Assembly: GCA_964509675.1 (NCBI GenBank)
Contig: CAZDXC010000002.1
Span: 7,425-71,424 of the forward strand
Length of the DNA stretch: 64,000 bases
Reading direction: 5' to 3'
Origin: Candidatus Woesearchaeota archaeon
GTDB lineage: Archaea > Nanobdellota > Nanobdellia > Pacearchaeales > GW2011-AR1
A program made the translations under genes and the position numbers. Position 1 is the first letter of the stretch, and each line of letters begins with the position of its first letter. Below are positions 63,973 to 64,000 of the stretch, piece after piece. The notes beneath the pieces were generated by a model. That model was not told the origin of the DNA. It made no database searches and worked only from the letters and a program-made list of their open reading frames with translations.

Positions 63973-64000
63973 TTTAATAATATGGAAGAAGAGAAAAAAG

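Overview
This is an AT-rich (roughly 30% GC by eye), tightly packed archaeal chromosomal segment. The gene content marks it as archaeal: PolD DP1/DP2, Orc1/Cdc6, RadA, GINS, eukaryote-type ribosomal proteins (L44e, S3Ae, L18e, L21e), RNA polymerase subunits D, F and N, and an RNase P Rpp21 protein. A likely split Hef and three intron-containing tRNAs suggest a small-genome, DPANN-like archaeon, but that is only an impression. Main blocks, in order: (1) translation and SRP genes (L44e, S3Ae, FtsY, SRP54, S15, aIF2-alpha, EF-1beta) mixed with replication and repair genes (GINS51, RecJ/GAN-like DHH, PHP/EndoQ-like, RadA, RPA-like, Hef, MPG). (2) A type IV pilus-like locus at about 19-29.7 kb: an A24-type prepilin peptidase, nine consecutive small genes (eight with pilin-like N-termini), a secreted protein, a FlaJ/TadC-like polytopic membrane protein and a 775-aa FlaI/PilB-like ATPase. 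A separate large protein with a pilin-like N-terminus is cut by the window start. (3) A possible cell-division-like module: coiled-coil proteins, two membrane proteins and a PRC-barrel protein; a second PRC barrel lies at the origin. (4) A Pyrococcus-style replication island: oriC with three ORB-like elements and an AT-rich (TATTA)n unwinding element, then cdc6, polD small subunit, an embedded HAD phosphatase, and polD large subunit. (5) A roughly 4.3-kb accessory segment next to the origin. It holds two convergent paralogous coiled-coil/wHTH proteins with in-frame 12-nt tandem repeats, arrays of AAACAG/CTGTTT half-sites, a repeated 13-nt GTGCAC-containing motif, a fourth ORB-like element and a serine recombinase. 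The recombinase sits exactly where the conserved S9-rpoN linkage is broken, and rpoN lies 8 kb away on the opposite strand, which is consistent with a recombinase-associated inversion. (6) The ribosomal/RNAP operon (S13-S4-S11-RpoD-[tRNA-Leu]-L18e-L13-S9; L21e-RpoF-DUF655), an ABC exporter operon, RpoN, Rpp21, a lone 5S rRNA and a tRNA cluster. Seven tRNAs were found; three carry anticodon-loop introns, one with a non-canonical loop.
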